The notes below the pieces were generated by a model. It did not search any database. It was not told the origin of the DNA and saw nothing but the letters and a program-made list of their open reading frames with translations. From Octopus sinensis (lineage: Eukaryota): DNA of 64,000 nt. The stretch's first letter is position 1; each line of letters starts with the position of its first letter. The translations under genes and the position numbers were made by a program. Below are positions 1-13,647 of this stretch, in pieces. The DNA lies in contig NC_043006.1 of NCBI RefSeq assembly GCF_006345805.1, positions 52,018,001-52,082,000 on the forward strand. The letters run 5' to 3'.

Positions 1-322
1 GCAATGTCTGATTTGCTGTGGGGCTCTTATTTTCACTGTATTGAAAGTGTTTTACGTAGAATATGTGCGGTGCCGAACCGCAGCAATTTTTGTCTGGTCC
101 CCAAAGCACCAAGTGCCAAAAACGAACTTTTATCTTCTATTTTAAAGGGTTACAGAATTAACACAGGTTATAAGAACATAAACCTTTTTCCACGAAAAGA
201 TAGCTTAAACTGTGCTCTAAATGGAGGTGTAGTCAAATCCTATTTTATGGACTCAACCAAGTTCTAAAATAAGTCGAAAGGAAAGCTACTATAAATCGGC
301 ACGCACTTTCCGGACAACCCAA
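1..322 (-). mobile_element. Partial copy of a ~565-bp internally deleted mariner element
   Basis: Highly similar to 33930-34498 and, reverse-complemented, to 51228-51792. Ends in TIR ...GCACGCACTTTCCGGACAACCCAA followed by TA. Confidence 0.85.
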
Positions 323-939
323 TACTTCAGAAATGGAAAATGAAGTGCCTTGCTCAAGAACACCATGCACCGCCCTGTCTGAGAATCGAGCCCATCACCT
401 AACGGTCTTGAGCTCTAAACCTTACTACTAGGTTATGTGGCCTCACACAGTAACGGATGTTGTACATAATAATGATCTTTGTTGCCAAATATACAGAAAC
501 TGATGTTAGTGTATATCGTAACCCAATTTCTGCACCTGTGAGGATATAAGTCTTGCTCTCAGCCTATTCGAAATTCATATCATTCTCTATAGGGAAACTG
601 AACGCTTTTAATACAATCAAATATGAAATTAAAACTAAGGATAAACAGAACATGTTGATATCCTAAATAGATAAAGAGATGGTTTAAAACTAAGGCATAA
701 AACTATCAGTTTTCAGATGAGGAATTAAGTCAATACCATCGACTCAAGCACTTCACTGGTTCATTATAAGTTAGGAACCACGGAAAGATGAAAGACAAAG
801 TTGGGCATGGCAGAATTTGAACGTAAAGTATCGGAAGGAAATATCTATTCACACTGTTATATATCTTTAGATCAACCGATTCAAGTTGGCCTGTGGAAAA
901 AAACGTTCCTGTCGTAAAATGTCATTATTTAAGACATTT

Positions 940-1330
940 AAGGCAGCGAGTTGGTAGAATCGTTAGCGCCGAGCAAAATGCTTATCGGCATTTCGTCCGT
1001 CCTTACGTTCTGAGTTCGAATTCCGCCAAAGTCGACTTTGCCTTTCATCCTTTCGGGGTCGATGAAATCAGTACCATCGACTAGTCTCCTCTCCGCAAAT
1101 TTCAGACCTTGTTCCTTTTGGAGAAAGGATTATTTAAGACATTTGAAGGCGGCGAGCAAGCAGAATCAGCACGTCTGACAAAATGATTAGCAGAAGTTCT
1201 TCCAACTCTTGTTTTATGTTCTCAAATTCCGCCAAGATCAATAAAATAAGAACTAGCTGAGGTCGATGTGATTGATTTATCCCTTCACTAAAACTGTTAG
1301 CCTTGTGCTAGAATTTGAAACCATTACTTA
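940..1330 (+). mobile_element. Two diverged copies of SINE family A (tRNA-like head plus GCCTTTCATCCTTTCGGGGTCGAT central domain)
   Basis: Similar to the near-consensus copies at 22051 and 62551. Confidence 0.75.
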
Positions 1331-2567
1331 AGACAGTTGAGAGAAATTTGGCTGTTATTTTCGCAGACCGAGTTCACTTTGGCTCACATTCGTTGTAGTT
1401 GAGTTAGGAAGCTTTCTTTTTTCTTGTATTTGTGTGTGGGGAGTAGGGGGTGAGTATGCAATTGAGTCTTGTTTTAACTGGAAGCATTAAAATTGGTCAT
1501 AGAAGATAAGATAAGGTGAGAGTAGATGAAAGAAAATGAAATGAATCAAGATGGGATTACATAAATATAGTTCACAAAATAATCTACGAGATCTGATATA
1601 CGTAACCGTACTTAGAAATAGTTTAGGGTGTGGAAGGAGTTCGGAATCCATTAGACCGGAAGTAATATACACTGGGTGGAGTATTAATTAAGTTTGATAT
1701 ATAAAAATATATTTAAATATATTATTACATAAATATTATTATTTGGTGGATAGCATGAAAAAGGAAAAAACGAAAAATGAATTTATTCTTATTACAACAT
1801 TTCATTATACTGTAAAAAAATTAAGGAAGAAAACTTAAGCATTTTACTGCAGCTTTTAGTCTCTCTATATCTGTCTGTCTATATCTCTGTATCCATGTCT
1901 ATCTCTACATCTATCTCTCTCTCTCTCTCTCTGTATCTATCTGTCTACATCTTATCTATGTATCTATCTTATTTTTCTAATTAGCTAGCTCTCTCTCCCC
2001 ATCTCTCTATATCGCACTCATTCTCTATTGTTTTCACTGTAAGTTTTCAATTGCTATTTACAAGCAACAACGACAAATTACTGACAGAAAGAAGTTCACA
2101 ATTACTGATGAAAGTAATTTCATACATAATTTACTGACAGAAGTAACTTCATAAATTTCACTTCAATTCATACACTTCGTTAAATTTGCCTACAAATTTA
2201 TTTACTCTTGCAACGTTTTATGTTGTTTTTTGTTTTTGACGGAATTACTAATAAAAGTAAGTTCGTAATTTACTGACAGAAGTAACTTCAAAAATTTCAC
2301 TTAAATCCGTACACTTAGTTACTTCCCCTAAAAATTTCTTATTTAATTTTGCAACAGTTTTGTGTTTTTCTGTTGTTGACGACTTTTTTTGTAGTTTCTT
2401 CAATACTGGCTCTTTGGTTCGATTCAGCCCATACAATTCTTTATTTTCCGTAAAAAAAATTTATTTACTTTCTGTCCGATGTATTAAGAAATATAATTTT
2501 TGTTACTCAGATATTTTCATTGTTTACTATCTTCTGCACCCGTGTATTTCTGTATACGTATATAACC

Positions 2568-3467
2568 ATGCCTAGAAGGAAAATGTCAAATTTGTCTACA
2601 ATGTCCAGGTCAGCCAAAAGAATGCTTCTATCCAGGGACGTAGAATCAACTGCAGAAAGGGAAGCATACCAAGAAACAAACGGACTGTGCACTACGAAAG
2701 CAAGAGCATCTCAAAGTAATGAACCAAGGTGTGCACGGCTGACAAGGAGTAGGATCTCTACTGCAGAACGAAGAACAGTTGCAACAGCTCAGAGAAGCAA
2801 CTTTTATGAAGCAGATTTCAATTATGATCCAGCAGTTCAGTATGCAGATAACGCAAGAATTTCCATTGGTGCAATGACAACTGAGTGCATACGATGTAAA
2901 GCAAGTGGCCTAAAGAGACACCTGCACTGTGCTGCCGAGGTGGAAAGATTAAACTCACTGCAATCCCCCATTAAAGAAACAGAGCCATTAAAGAAACTGT
3001 TGTCATCAACTGACCAAGATTCCAAGCACTTCCGAAACGAAATTAGATAATACAAAGATGCACTACAGATGACACCATTTGGATCCACAAGAGATTTAAC
3101 TGAGCCAGGATTCATGCAAGCTTTCAAGATCCAGGGTCAGATTTATCATCGGATTGGCTCTCTACTACCTCTGTCAGATGAATCACCAAAATCGGCTTTC
3201 ATTGTTTATAATCTGTACCTGTTTTTTTGTTACTAAATAAGCTACACAAAACGTTTTTTGAATTACGTGTATTTACTTTATATACATATTGAATTGAAAA
3301 CTTTCTTTTAACATTTCACTTAACGTTTTTGTTCCGTGCTGGTATGGGCCGGAGAGATAATGTAGAAAGTTGGTATCTCAGCCACTAGCAGTTCAGACCT
3401 ACGTAATCTAGACGGCGCTTTTAAATTTCATTATTCTCTTTAACTCAGGCAACGCCGGGTATTTCCG

Positions 3468-3470
<3 letters not shown>
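2568..3470 (+). mobile_element. Internally deleted Helitron with N-terminal RepHel pseudogene and 3' hairpin
   Basis: Translates to MPRRKMSNLS...FNYDPAVQY...IGAMTTECIRCKA...EPLKKLL...QMTPFG...FKIQGQIYHRIGSLLP, typical of the Helitron RepHel N-terminal region, with frameshift and stop. Ends at CTCAGGCAACGCCGGG, resembling the hairpin of the 18480 element. The 5' boundary probably lies further left (direct repeats at 2070-2365). Confidence 0.85.
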
Positions 3471-3553
<83 letters not shown>

Positions 3554-3585
3554 ATATATATATATCTATATATATATATATATAT

Positions 3586-3627
<42 letters not shown>

Positions 3628-3660
3628 TGTTGACCTATATATATATATATATATATATAT
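3471..3660. repeat. (TA)n microsatellite
   Basis: Seen directly. Confidence 0.99.
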
Positions 3661-4094
3661 AAATTTATTATTCACATAAACATATGTCTTTAATAGAATA
3701 TAAGTTTTTGGACTATTAATCCCACCTTCAGAGATAAAAATGTTCTCTTTTTATCACCGATCGTAAAGTAGATATACCTATTAAACTAAACTTTATCGTT
3801 AAAAGTCCACATAAATTATATGTTTACAAAATGTAACATGACCGAATATAAGATCGTATTGCCACGGTTAGAAGCTTCCATAATACACGAGCAAGTTTGA
3901 CAATAGCTACATATTTGTGAGCGAATGTTTGACTGTATAATTAAAACGTCCCTTTCGTAACATCATTTGTTTTGATTCGATCCCTCTGCGTACTACCTTG
4001 GGAATGTGTCTTTTGTTATAGCTTCAGTTGCACAAAAAGCCTTGTTAGTGAAATTTCACGGTATCATGGTATCACGGTATTGACTCGACAATAA

Positions 4095-4375
4095 GATAAT
4101 GTTATACATCGATAGTCACAATGCGCTTCGCATTGTTTTAGTCTTCGAATGATGCCACCCTACTACTGGCTAGGCGAGCAGGCAAACATTCCTTCTGATC
4201 GGAAGACTATTCCGTCGGAGGATTACCCAATTACAGCTGAGTGGACTGGAGCAACGAGAATTGAAGTGCTTTACTCAAGAACACAACGCACCGCGCAGTT
4301 CGGGAATCGAATCCATGATCTAGCAATCGTGAGAGCAGCACCCTATCCATTAGGCCACGCGCTTTCGTGAATGAA
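4095..4375 (-). mobile_element. Diverged tRNA-derived SINE; related fragments at 340-445, 49840-49940 and 52200-52320
   Basis: The reverse strand has a tRNA-like head (GTGGCCTAATGGATAGGG...GGATTCGATTCCC) followed by GTGTTCTTGAGTAAAGCACTTC. Confidence 0.6.
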
Positions 4376-5320
4376 ATTTAGCTGACAGAAAGTGTGAAGA
4401 TACTTGGTTGTTGACCTCATCTTTCGCCCGGTTTATCACCATCACCTGGGCTTCGGATGCCATTAGCGGTGTGCGAGCATTTGGACCTGGTCTGAGGATA
4501 ACTTTTTCATAATCTCCTAATTGTCTCAGAACCCACCAAAAAGGCTCATGAGTATTTACCCTTCTTCCTTGAACTAAGTCATTAGAAATATGATTGAACA
4601 TACTTCTGGGCAAAATTTCCCAGCTAATATCTAACTTCTAAACATTCTGTTATCGTTTTATTCTATTACTGGTTTTAATCATTAAGCATAGGCCATCCTG
4701 GGGCATAACCATCAGTTGTTCGAGTATCGCCCCCACTATTTTGTCGGGTATTTAATAGAGACTTTGAAGAAAAACACAAGATAAAGTCGACGGTTATAAG
4801 GAAAAGCAACATCATATTGTAAGATGGTTTGATTGATAGATAGAAATAGAAAGATGAATGTATGGGTATATATCTTTTATAATAAGTGCAAAATTCTGTC
4901 TGCCAGTCTGGAACCCACTGTGTCTTGGTCTAATTTGCTCTACATAGACATATTATACCTTGTTGGAATCGGGATGATCTCTGGATTGAAAATCTGCCCT
5001 TCATTTGGTTCTTGAACATCCAGCATTGGGATCAGGTCTGGATGAGGATTTGTTATATGCTAACAGTTGAAAATTTGAATTTTAAAAGGACTCCAAAAAT
5101 TTGTGAACAATTTAATTGTTTTTCATTTAAACTGAATTTAAAGTAATACCATATTGCTAGGGTACCAATAAATGCATTATCATTAATGTTCTCTTTTGTT
5201 TTGGGATGCAGGCCCGATTAACCCTCCGCAGGAACTAATTTAATACTCCGAACAGAGTGCAGCTTTTGAGCTAGTATGTATGTATATATCTATCTATCTA
5301 TCTATCTATCTGTCTATCTG

Positions 5321-5403
<83 letters not shown>

Positions 5404-5455
5404 CTATATATATACATATACATACATACATACAAACACACACACACACACACAC

Positions 5456-5509
<54 letters not shown>

Positions 5510-5510
5510 T

Positions 5511-5542
<32 letters not shown>

Positions 5543-5719
5543 TATTTCAACAAAATCAAAATATATTTTATATGTGATACAGCTGATTTATTATGTATAA
5601 GATGAATGAAAGAATCCCATGGTGATCATGTAGGATGTCTTAGGATTCTATTTGGTCCCGGGACACCATTCACTAGTTGTTCACATTCTATTATAAACTG
5701 CTTGTTTTATAAGTAAAGG

Positions 5720-6010
5720 CCTCCCATAGGCGTCCTCTTTGAGAAACACTGATTTAACCTAAATTTGAGACACCAGCAAAAGAAGAAATAAAGTTAGACT
5801 TTTTTCTATTCCATGAAAAACGATTTTACAAATGCACGTTCCCACGGCTTTATCGATCGCATTCTCACCTGGAATCGATTTTTGTAATTTTTCCAAGACT
5901 CATACACGCCCTGATACCGTCGGTATCTACATATCAAATTTGAGCGTAAACGGATGGAGGATACCCGAGATCCTAGAAGACACACACACACACAGAACGG
6001 ATTTTATATA
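5720..6010 (-). mobile_element. Non-autonomous Helitron-like repeat, 5' part (same family as 10044-10392)
   Basis: Reverse-complement similarity to 10044-10392. Confidence 0.6.
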
Positions 6011-6114
6011 ATATATATACATTCAACGTTTTGTATATATATATGTGAGTATGTGTGTGTGTGTGTGTATACAAGAGAAAGTGAGGAGGGACCAGATTGT
6101 AACATTCATGACAT

Positions 6115-6575
6115 CTTCAAGAAGCTGGCTACCCGCATGGTTCTTGGTCTCAAGAATTTGTCTTATGAAGAAAGGCTGAAGACGCTCGACCTTTATTCTC
6201 TAGAAAAACGACGACGCCGTGGTGATCTCATTCTCGCTCACAACATCATAAACGGAAAGTGTAACCTCTCGAAAGAGCTGTTCTTCACTCCTGCTCCAGA
6301 GCGTGGCTGCGGAGTTATTCCGAAAAGCTCTATCTGCGACGATTTCATCTCAATCGAAGGAGAGGGGCTTTCTCCGTCTGGGTTGCGGATCCGTGGAATA
6401 AGCTGCCGGACGAGATAGTGAAGATGCCGACGACCGCTCGGTTCAAAATTTCTCTTGACCAGAAATAGCCTGAACTCTTTGCTTGAATACCCTCCCTGTA
6501 CATAACTCCATGTCCTCCTACATGGCCTTGCTTTTTGCTTTTTGCTTTTTGAGCAAAAAAATTAACTTAACTTAG
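6115..6575 (+). mobile_element. CR1-type LINE 3' fragment
   Basis: KLATRMVLGLKNLSYEERLKTLDLYSLEKRRRRGDLILAHNIING matches the CR1 ORF2 C-terminal signature (ATR.V.GL..LSYEERL..L.L.SLE.RR.RGDLI). Followed by a short 3' UTR and an (AACTT)n tail. Confidence 0.9.
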
Positions 6576-6959
6576 TTAAGTTAATTTTTTGGCTCAAAAA
6601 GCAAAACTTCAACACTAATAGTAAGCATACAGTGAAAACACCAAACAAAATTATATTAAGGTGTTTCTCACAACATAATCCACTGCAAAAGAATAGCAGC
6701 AGCAACGGAAATATAGTATTTACAACAACTTATACCATATTGATAGCTTCTAACTTAAGAGGTGTATACGAGCGAATGAATTTATCTGACTTCTATCGAA
6801 CTTTGAATGGTTGACAATGTAAAACCACCGGAATTTAACTCCGAAAATAGACATTACTGAATATTGCTAGTTTTGCCTCAGTATGTTTATGTGTGTATGT
6901 CGGATGTTCTTTACATTTTTCTCATAAACTGCTCTTACAACAGTAAGAACTATTTTCTG

Positions 6960-7616
6960 ATGTAGATGCAAAGTCAGTAATATAGGGAGAGAGGTTACTT
7001 GATTGTATCAATCTCAGTACTCAACGGATACTTATTTTATAGATCCCGAGAGGATGAAAGGCAAAGTCAACCTTGGTGACATTTGAACTTAGAACGTAAA
7101 GGACTGGTAAAAAAAAATACAGCTAGGCATTTTGTCCGGTGCGGTAAAGGCTCTTCCAATTTATCGCCCTCAACAACAACAACAACAGCAGCCGAAGCAA
7201 TAACGAGGACGACGACAACAACCACAGCAACAAGAACAATAATTATAATTTCTAATACAAGCACGAACCTTGAGATTTTGCGGGAGGGGACTAGTCTATT
7301 AGATCGACGCCAGTACTCAGCTGATAACTTATTTTATCGACCCCAAAAAAGATGAACAGCAAAGTCGACCTCAGCGGAATTTGAACTCAGAAGGTAAAGA
7401 CATACGAAATACCGTTCAGCATTTTCATGGTACAGTAACGATCCTGCCAATCTAATGCCTTTATTGACAACAGCAGCAAAGCAATAACGATAAGAACAAC
7501 AATAGTAATAGTTTCATATTTTAGCACTAGAGGGGGGGGGCGACAAATTTTAGGGGGAGGGGTTAATTGATTACATTGTCCCAGCGCTCAACTGGAGGTT
7601 TATTTTACAGAAAGGA

Positions 7617-7620
<4 letters not shown>
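6960..7620 (-). mobile_element. Cluster of diverged SINE family A copies; further copies at 8645-9025
   Basis: Repeated GATGAAAGGCAAAGTC...GAATTTGAACTCAGAAC motif. Confidence 0.7.
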
Positions 7621-7671
<51 letters not shown>

Positions 7672-7688
7672 TGATGATGATGATGATG

Positions 7689-7742
<54 letters not shown>

Positions 7743-7754
7743 TAATAATAATAT

Positions 7755-8270
7755 ACCCTGATGCAATACCAGGCAGTGGCTCTCATGGCTTTCGATCTTA
7801 ATGGATTAGAAGTATTATCATGTACATTATTTTGTCTTGGTAAAAAAGATGGGCTATAGCAAATATTCTGCTCAATACCGCAAATTTGTGTGTTAGTTAT
7901 TTGACCTTAACCATTTCAGCATGTCTATTAGTGGCTGACAATATGTGCTTCTCTGATCAGGAGCAGAAGTAGTGGGGGAGCATCATAGCCATGTGTTGAG
8001 AGGGATTCTTTGGGGTTTGAATAATTCGCCTCTGGAAACATCCTTAAACAACCCTTATTCAGGGACCTTTTGATCGGAATGAGTTACCCGACCCGAAGAA
8101 AATTCTATCTGGAGCCCACCTATTCATCTTGATATGGGATCATCATGTCGCGCACATATGATTGTGATGCATGTGCCTGGTGTGCCTTTATAAGGCGGGT
8201 AGTCATGATGGGTCTATTCGGTTTCATATATGTGTACCCCAGTGTCAATTTGATAGCATGCACTACTCTC
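7755..8270 (+). mobile_element. ~500-bp interspersed retro-repeat ending in (AAT)n (same family as 56015-56970)
   Basis: Aligns along its length to the reverse complement of 56015-56490 plus 56880-56970. Flanked by AAT/GAT triplet repeats in both copies. Confidence 0.75.
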
Positions 8271-8289
8271 AATAATAATAATAATAAAA

Positions 8290-8560
8290 GTTATAGAAAT
8301 AGAGGTAACTCGGATGTAATGCCTAAAGGTGCATTAAACATGATAAAAAAATAGTCAGACAAATGCATAACAAAAACACCAGGACTTACAAGTGTATATA
8401 ACATACAGAAAAATAGCACTCCTAGGCCCTGCACATATTCTACGTAAAACACTTTCAATACAGTGAAAATAAGAGCCCCACAGCAAACCACAGCACATAC
8501 CCAAGCCACACAGAGCTGCTCTCGGTAGTGCAGTGAAAGCACTTGATAAAAATAAGACTA

Positions 8561-8644
<84 letters not shown>
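8290..8644 (+). mobile_element. 3' end of an R4/Dong-like RLE non-LTR retrotransposon in (AAT)n
   Basis: GALNMIKK*SDKCITKTPGLTSVYNIQKIALLGPAHILRKTLSIQ* (stop at 8464-8466) matches the IQK..LLGT..ILRK.L C-terminus of R4-type ORFs. ~100-bp 3' UTR, then (AAT)n. Confidence 0.8.
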
Positions 8645-9352
8645 CCTTTCTACTATAGGCACAAGGCCTGAAATTTGGAGGAAGCGAATAGTCAATTACA
8701 TCGACCCCAGTACGTAACTGGTTCTTATTTCATCGACTCTGAAAGGATGAAAGCAAAGTCGATCTCGGCGGAATTTGAAATCAGAACATAAAGAGGTCCG
8801 AAATGCCGTTAAGCATTTTGCCCGGCGTGCTAACGGTTCTGCCAATCTATAGTCCTTTATAATAACAAAAACGCAACAACGAAATCAATAACAACAACAA
8901 CAACAACAACAACAATGATAATGGTTTCACATTTTAGCACAAGGCCCGGCAATATTAGTGGGAAGTGGGTTAATCGATTACATCGACCCAATGTTCAACC
9001 GGTACCTATTTTCACCGAGAGGATAAATAATAATAAAAGTAATAATAATCGATGTTGTTACCTTCCGTAAGTAATGATTGTCAACCAGAGAATAAGATGA
9101 TATCGTTGCCGAAGTCAGGATCAGTGAAAGAAAAATCTATAAATGCGGACGAAACTCAAAATCTACAAATATCCGTAAGTTCAGTGAACAGCAAACTCTG
9201 TTTTCCTCTCACTCTCTCTGTCTCTCTCCCCCTTTCTTTTCGACGCTCATCTTCAGTGTGTGCGTGCGTGTGTGCGTGTGTGTGTGTATGTGTGCGTGTG
9301 CGTGCGTACGTGTGCGTGCGTACGTATGTGTGTGTGTGTGTGTGCGTGCGTA

Positions 9353-9396
<44 letters not shown>

Positions 9397-9708
9397 GCTT
9401 TCGTTACAATTGTGTTTTACGTGCAAAGTTCAAGCATCTTTATCACAATTTTGAGACAAGGTATCTCAGATAAATACAGAAAAAGAATTTAAAATAATAT
9501 ACAGGTTGCCCCCATTTTACATTGAGAAAGTATTGTTAGACGAGACGGTGTATACAAAATAGGTCCAAAATCAAAATTAATCCATTATATTACAGACGAA
9601 ACGAAGATACGATCCAGATATCCAAATATTAAAGTCCTTTTTATTTTCTCTAGTAACTACTTGCTACATAAGATTTTACTAATAATGCGGTTTCATATAA
9701 TAACATAT

Positions 9709-10014
9709 GTTGTTTGTTCCTTCTCGAGCCACGCCTGGCTAATAGGACCGGTTTCCCGGCTTCCTTGGCGTATACGTTCCCCACCTGGACGGCACGCCGG
9801 TCTGTCGCAGGTGAGCTGCAAAATGCAGGAGGAAAGAGTGAGAGAAAGTTGTGGTGAAAGAGTCAGCAGAAGTTCGCCATTACCTTCTGCCGGAGCCGCG
9901 TGGAGCTTAGGTGTTTCGCTCATAAACATACATACATCGCCCGGTCTGAGATTCAAACCCGCAATCCCTCGACTGCGAGTCCGCTGCTCTAACCACTAGG
10001 CCATGTGCCTCCAC
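9709..10014 (-). mobile_element. tRNA-derived SINE family C variant with 12-bp TSD
   Basis: Reverse-strand head GTGGAGGCACATGGCCTAGTGGTTAGAGC...GGTTTGAATCTC. TSD ATAATAACATAT at 9697-9708 and 10015-10026. Confidence 0.9.
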
Positions 10015-10043
10015 ATAATAACATATAAAACATATATGAATAA

Positions 10044-10061
10044 TCTATTATATAAAATCCG

Positions 10062-10098
<37 letters not shown>

Positions 10099-10392
10099 AC
10101 CTAGGATCTCGGGCCTCCTCCATCCGATTGCGCTCAAATTTGATGTGTAGATACCGACGGTATCAGGGCGTGTATAAGTCTTGAAAAATTACAAAAATCG
10201 ATTCCAGGTGAGAATGTGATCGATAAAGCCGTGGGAACGTGCATTTGTACGCGCAAGTATATCAACTGTTGCGATTGATACTACGCGTACGCGAGAATAA
10301 TGCACGTGCATTTTGCGCAAAAAAAGCCGACCTGTTTGTTGTCTCAAATTTAGGTTAAATCAATGTTTTTCAAAGGGGAGGCCTATGGGACG
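10044..10392 (+). mobile_element. Non-autonomous Helitron-like repeat, 5' part
   Basis: Starts A|TCTATTATATAAAA followed by (TG)n, like the other Helitron 5' ends here. Second copy at 5720-6010. 3' end not identified. Confidence 0.6.
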
Positions 10393-10769
10393 GTCGGATA
10401 AGTTGTTTTGAGAAAATTTGGTTTAAATGTTTGACAACTCACCACCGTCCATTGGACGGGGGCGCGTTTTGCTCGTCACTTTATAAAATGCGTTCTGAAT
10501 AACTAAAAGCATTGTCAGTTTTGTACATAGTGGTTCGGGGCCGAAGTTGATGTAACTTTTATAGCACCACTGTGTTAATCTCTCAATCCAACAGTGGCGC
10601 TTAATGTGAATAAGCTCTGCGTTGATAGTCTTGATATGGCTATCACCTGTTGACAGATCGAGATGAATGTCATGCACTTTCCTAAAATATGAACTCAGAT
10701 TTGTTTGCCGTGTTTTTCTTTTGCGCTTCTTCAGAATTAAAAAATAAAGCATTATGCCTTCCTTTAAAT

Positions 10770-11106
10770 CAGTGGTTCTTAACATGGGTCTATATGGCCC
10801 TAGAGGATCCATATAATATTTTTAGGGGTCCACTCAAACAGAATAGTAAATTGGATTCATAATAGCATTTTAGAGGTCCATGAAAATTTTCCTTTAGATG
10901 CATTTATTGCTAGAAACAGCTAGGTTTCTTTCCCTAACTGCATACACAGTACAAGCTATACAATTTAATGTGTAAAAAACAGAATAGGAATTTTAAAAGA
11001 AGTATTTATAAACTTGTTTTTAAACATTGAATGGCTATGGAGTACCGCCAGAATAAAATAGTGATCAAAGGAGTCCACAGATAACAAAAAGGGTTAAAAA
11101 CCACTG
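10770..11106. mobile_element. hAT-type MITE
   Basis: Termini CAGTGGTT...AACCACTG with an 8-bp TSD CTTTAAAT/CTTTAAAC (7 of 8 match). Confidence 0.85.
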
Positions 11107-12127
11107 CTTTAAACAATCTTTTCAAAGCCACTTCGATTCCTGTAGCTCATTTCGTAAAACACAATCAAAGAATTATCATTAGAAAGAAATAGATTTAAGG
11201 TATCAGGTTTTATTGTCTTCACAACACTCTTCAATTAATTTTTCCTTCTGTATCCAGATGTTTCATTAAATCTGATAATTCTTCAGAAAAGTATTTTTTA
11301 TTACTTATTCTATCAGCCATCAATACTTACAATCCCAATGCACGCATTCACTCCCCTTTATATGCACTATATTATGACTCTTGCACTTATGGCCGTATAT
11401 GAATCACACATTTGAAGCACATCTTTCTCCAAGTTCCGCTGTCAATCTAGTGTCGACAATCCCTACACACTTAACACAACTCAGATGAACACACTCACAT
11501 CTCTCTCATACACACGTGTACATACCCTCAGTTTTATTCGGCCACTTTCATCCCTTTGTCTGCATTCTCATCTTTAAACAATACATTTATTATTTAACAT
11601 GCACTACAAGCGACCAAGCGCGCACACACACACTTTAATGCATCCACCTACTCAACAGACTAGAACTACCTTTTTGACTCCCCTATAGAGGGTGCCATTC
11701 ATCCTAGCTAAAAACCATCCACCTTCCACCTTTCTGCTGACTCATTTCGTCCTAAATATTATTATAGGTGCAGGAATGGTTGAGTGGTAAGAAGCTTGCT
11801 TCACAACCACATGGTTCCGGGTCCACTCCCACTGCTTGGTACCTTGAGCAAGTATCTTATGCCATAGCCTTGTGAGTGGATTTGGTAGATGGAAACTGAA
11901 AGAATAGAGTTCGGCAGCTGAAATGCTTTAATCAACGTTCTAGCTGGTCAGAATTAACCCAGGACTAAACAACAACAGCGACATCTGGTCGTCTACTCAA
12001 AAGAAATTGCTTTGGGAATTTTTTCTAGATATTAAATATATTCACTTAGTTTATTGACAGAACACAATTATAACTCCGAACAGCACATTACTTATCTCTC
12101 TCTCTCTCTCTCTTTCTTTCTCTCACT

Positions 12128-12173
<46 letters not shown>

Positions 12174-12649
12174 TATTTTGTAAGTTTCCATATGGTTGAC
12201 ACCCACATTTTATTTTATATTTTTTATCGATTTACTGAGGAAATTATGCATGGGTGAATAGCAAATGAAAATAAACATTGATGACATTTTGGCTGAAAGC
12301 AGGAAGTGCCAATATATCCTTACAGGAGTAGAAATATGCGAACGGTGTTATATCTAACAAACATGGATATATAACCCACGCTTACACTAGTCAGCAGTTT
12401 ACTGATGATGGTGAACGTCAGCAATATTAAATCTTACTGTAAAATTAACCCCCTCAGACCAGGGTCCCTGTGTCTAACTTTACCCTCCATCTGGGATCCC
12501 GAGCAAAATAGTTGCAAAATAGTTGCATTTACAGCTCAAGAGTAATAACTGCAGGAAGGCTAATGGACAGAAACGACTGCATCTTTGGCTATATGTGTAG
12601 TTCAATACCACTTTATTTCCTAATCGCGCGCAGAGAGTGAATGTGAGCT

Positions 12650-13325
12650 CTTTGCCGTTACGTCTCACGAATGAACCTTTTTTGGACCGAATAGTAACTG
12701 GTGACGAGAAATGGATTCTCTATAAAAAATGTCAAATGCCGAAGACAGTGTGTAGGGAAAGGAGAAACACCGGCACCCCAGGCTAAAGGAGGTCTTCGTT
12801 CACGTAAATTGTTGTTATCTGTTTGAAGGGATATGTAAAGTTTTGTCCACTTTGAACTTTTAAACCCAAAACAAACGACAACAAAGATCTACTGCGAGGA
12901 ACTTGAGCAGCGCTAGACGAAAAACGACCAACTTTGGTTTCAAAACGAAAGGTATTCTGCCATAGGGATAATAATACTCGGCCACATACAGGGAGGATGA
13001 CATTTCAAAGGCTAGAACAGTTTGAATGGGAGACGATGCTCCACCCACCATATTTGCCGGATGTTACTCCATCTGATTATCATTTATTCCGCTGTCTTCA
13101 AAATCATTTGGACGGAAAAAAATATGAATTCTGTAGATGAGGTCAGGACAGTACCGGAGGAATATTTTTCGTCACGCACAAGTGAATTTTGGAAGTCTAC
13201 CAGTTAGATGTAAGAGCATTGTAGAAAATGAAGGAGAGTATATTTTATATTAAAAAAGAACTTAATCTTAATTTTGAAAAATAAAAGAAGTATATAAAAA
13301 CACATTATTTATGGAATGATCAAAT
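12650..13325 (+). pseudogene. Decayed mariner (DD34D) transposase with right TIR remnant
   Basis: FLDRIVTGDEKWILY ... HRDN.RPH ... LHPPYLPDVTPSDYHLFRCLQN across frameshifts. The end resembles the TIR AAAACCGCATTATTTATGGGATGACCCAATA at 34809-34839. Confidence 0.92.
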
Positions 13326-13454
13326 CTCACAAATGTACAGTTTCTTTTCTCTGTCTCTTTTAGACTGTTTTGTACAATATTTACACCCTTCTCTACTCCT
13401 TTGAACTAGCATGACCACTCTATTCATCCACCACTTCTCACTCACCAAATAAAT

Positions 13455-13642
<188 letters not shown>

Positions 13643-13647
13643 CTTTT

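Noticed and set aside
5013-5026. 14-mer TGAACATCCAGCAT shared with about 15992
   Set aside because: Several 14-mer matches are expected by chance in 64 kb, and the flanks do not align.
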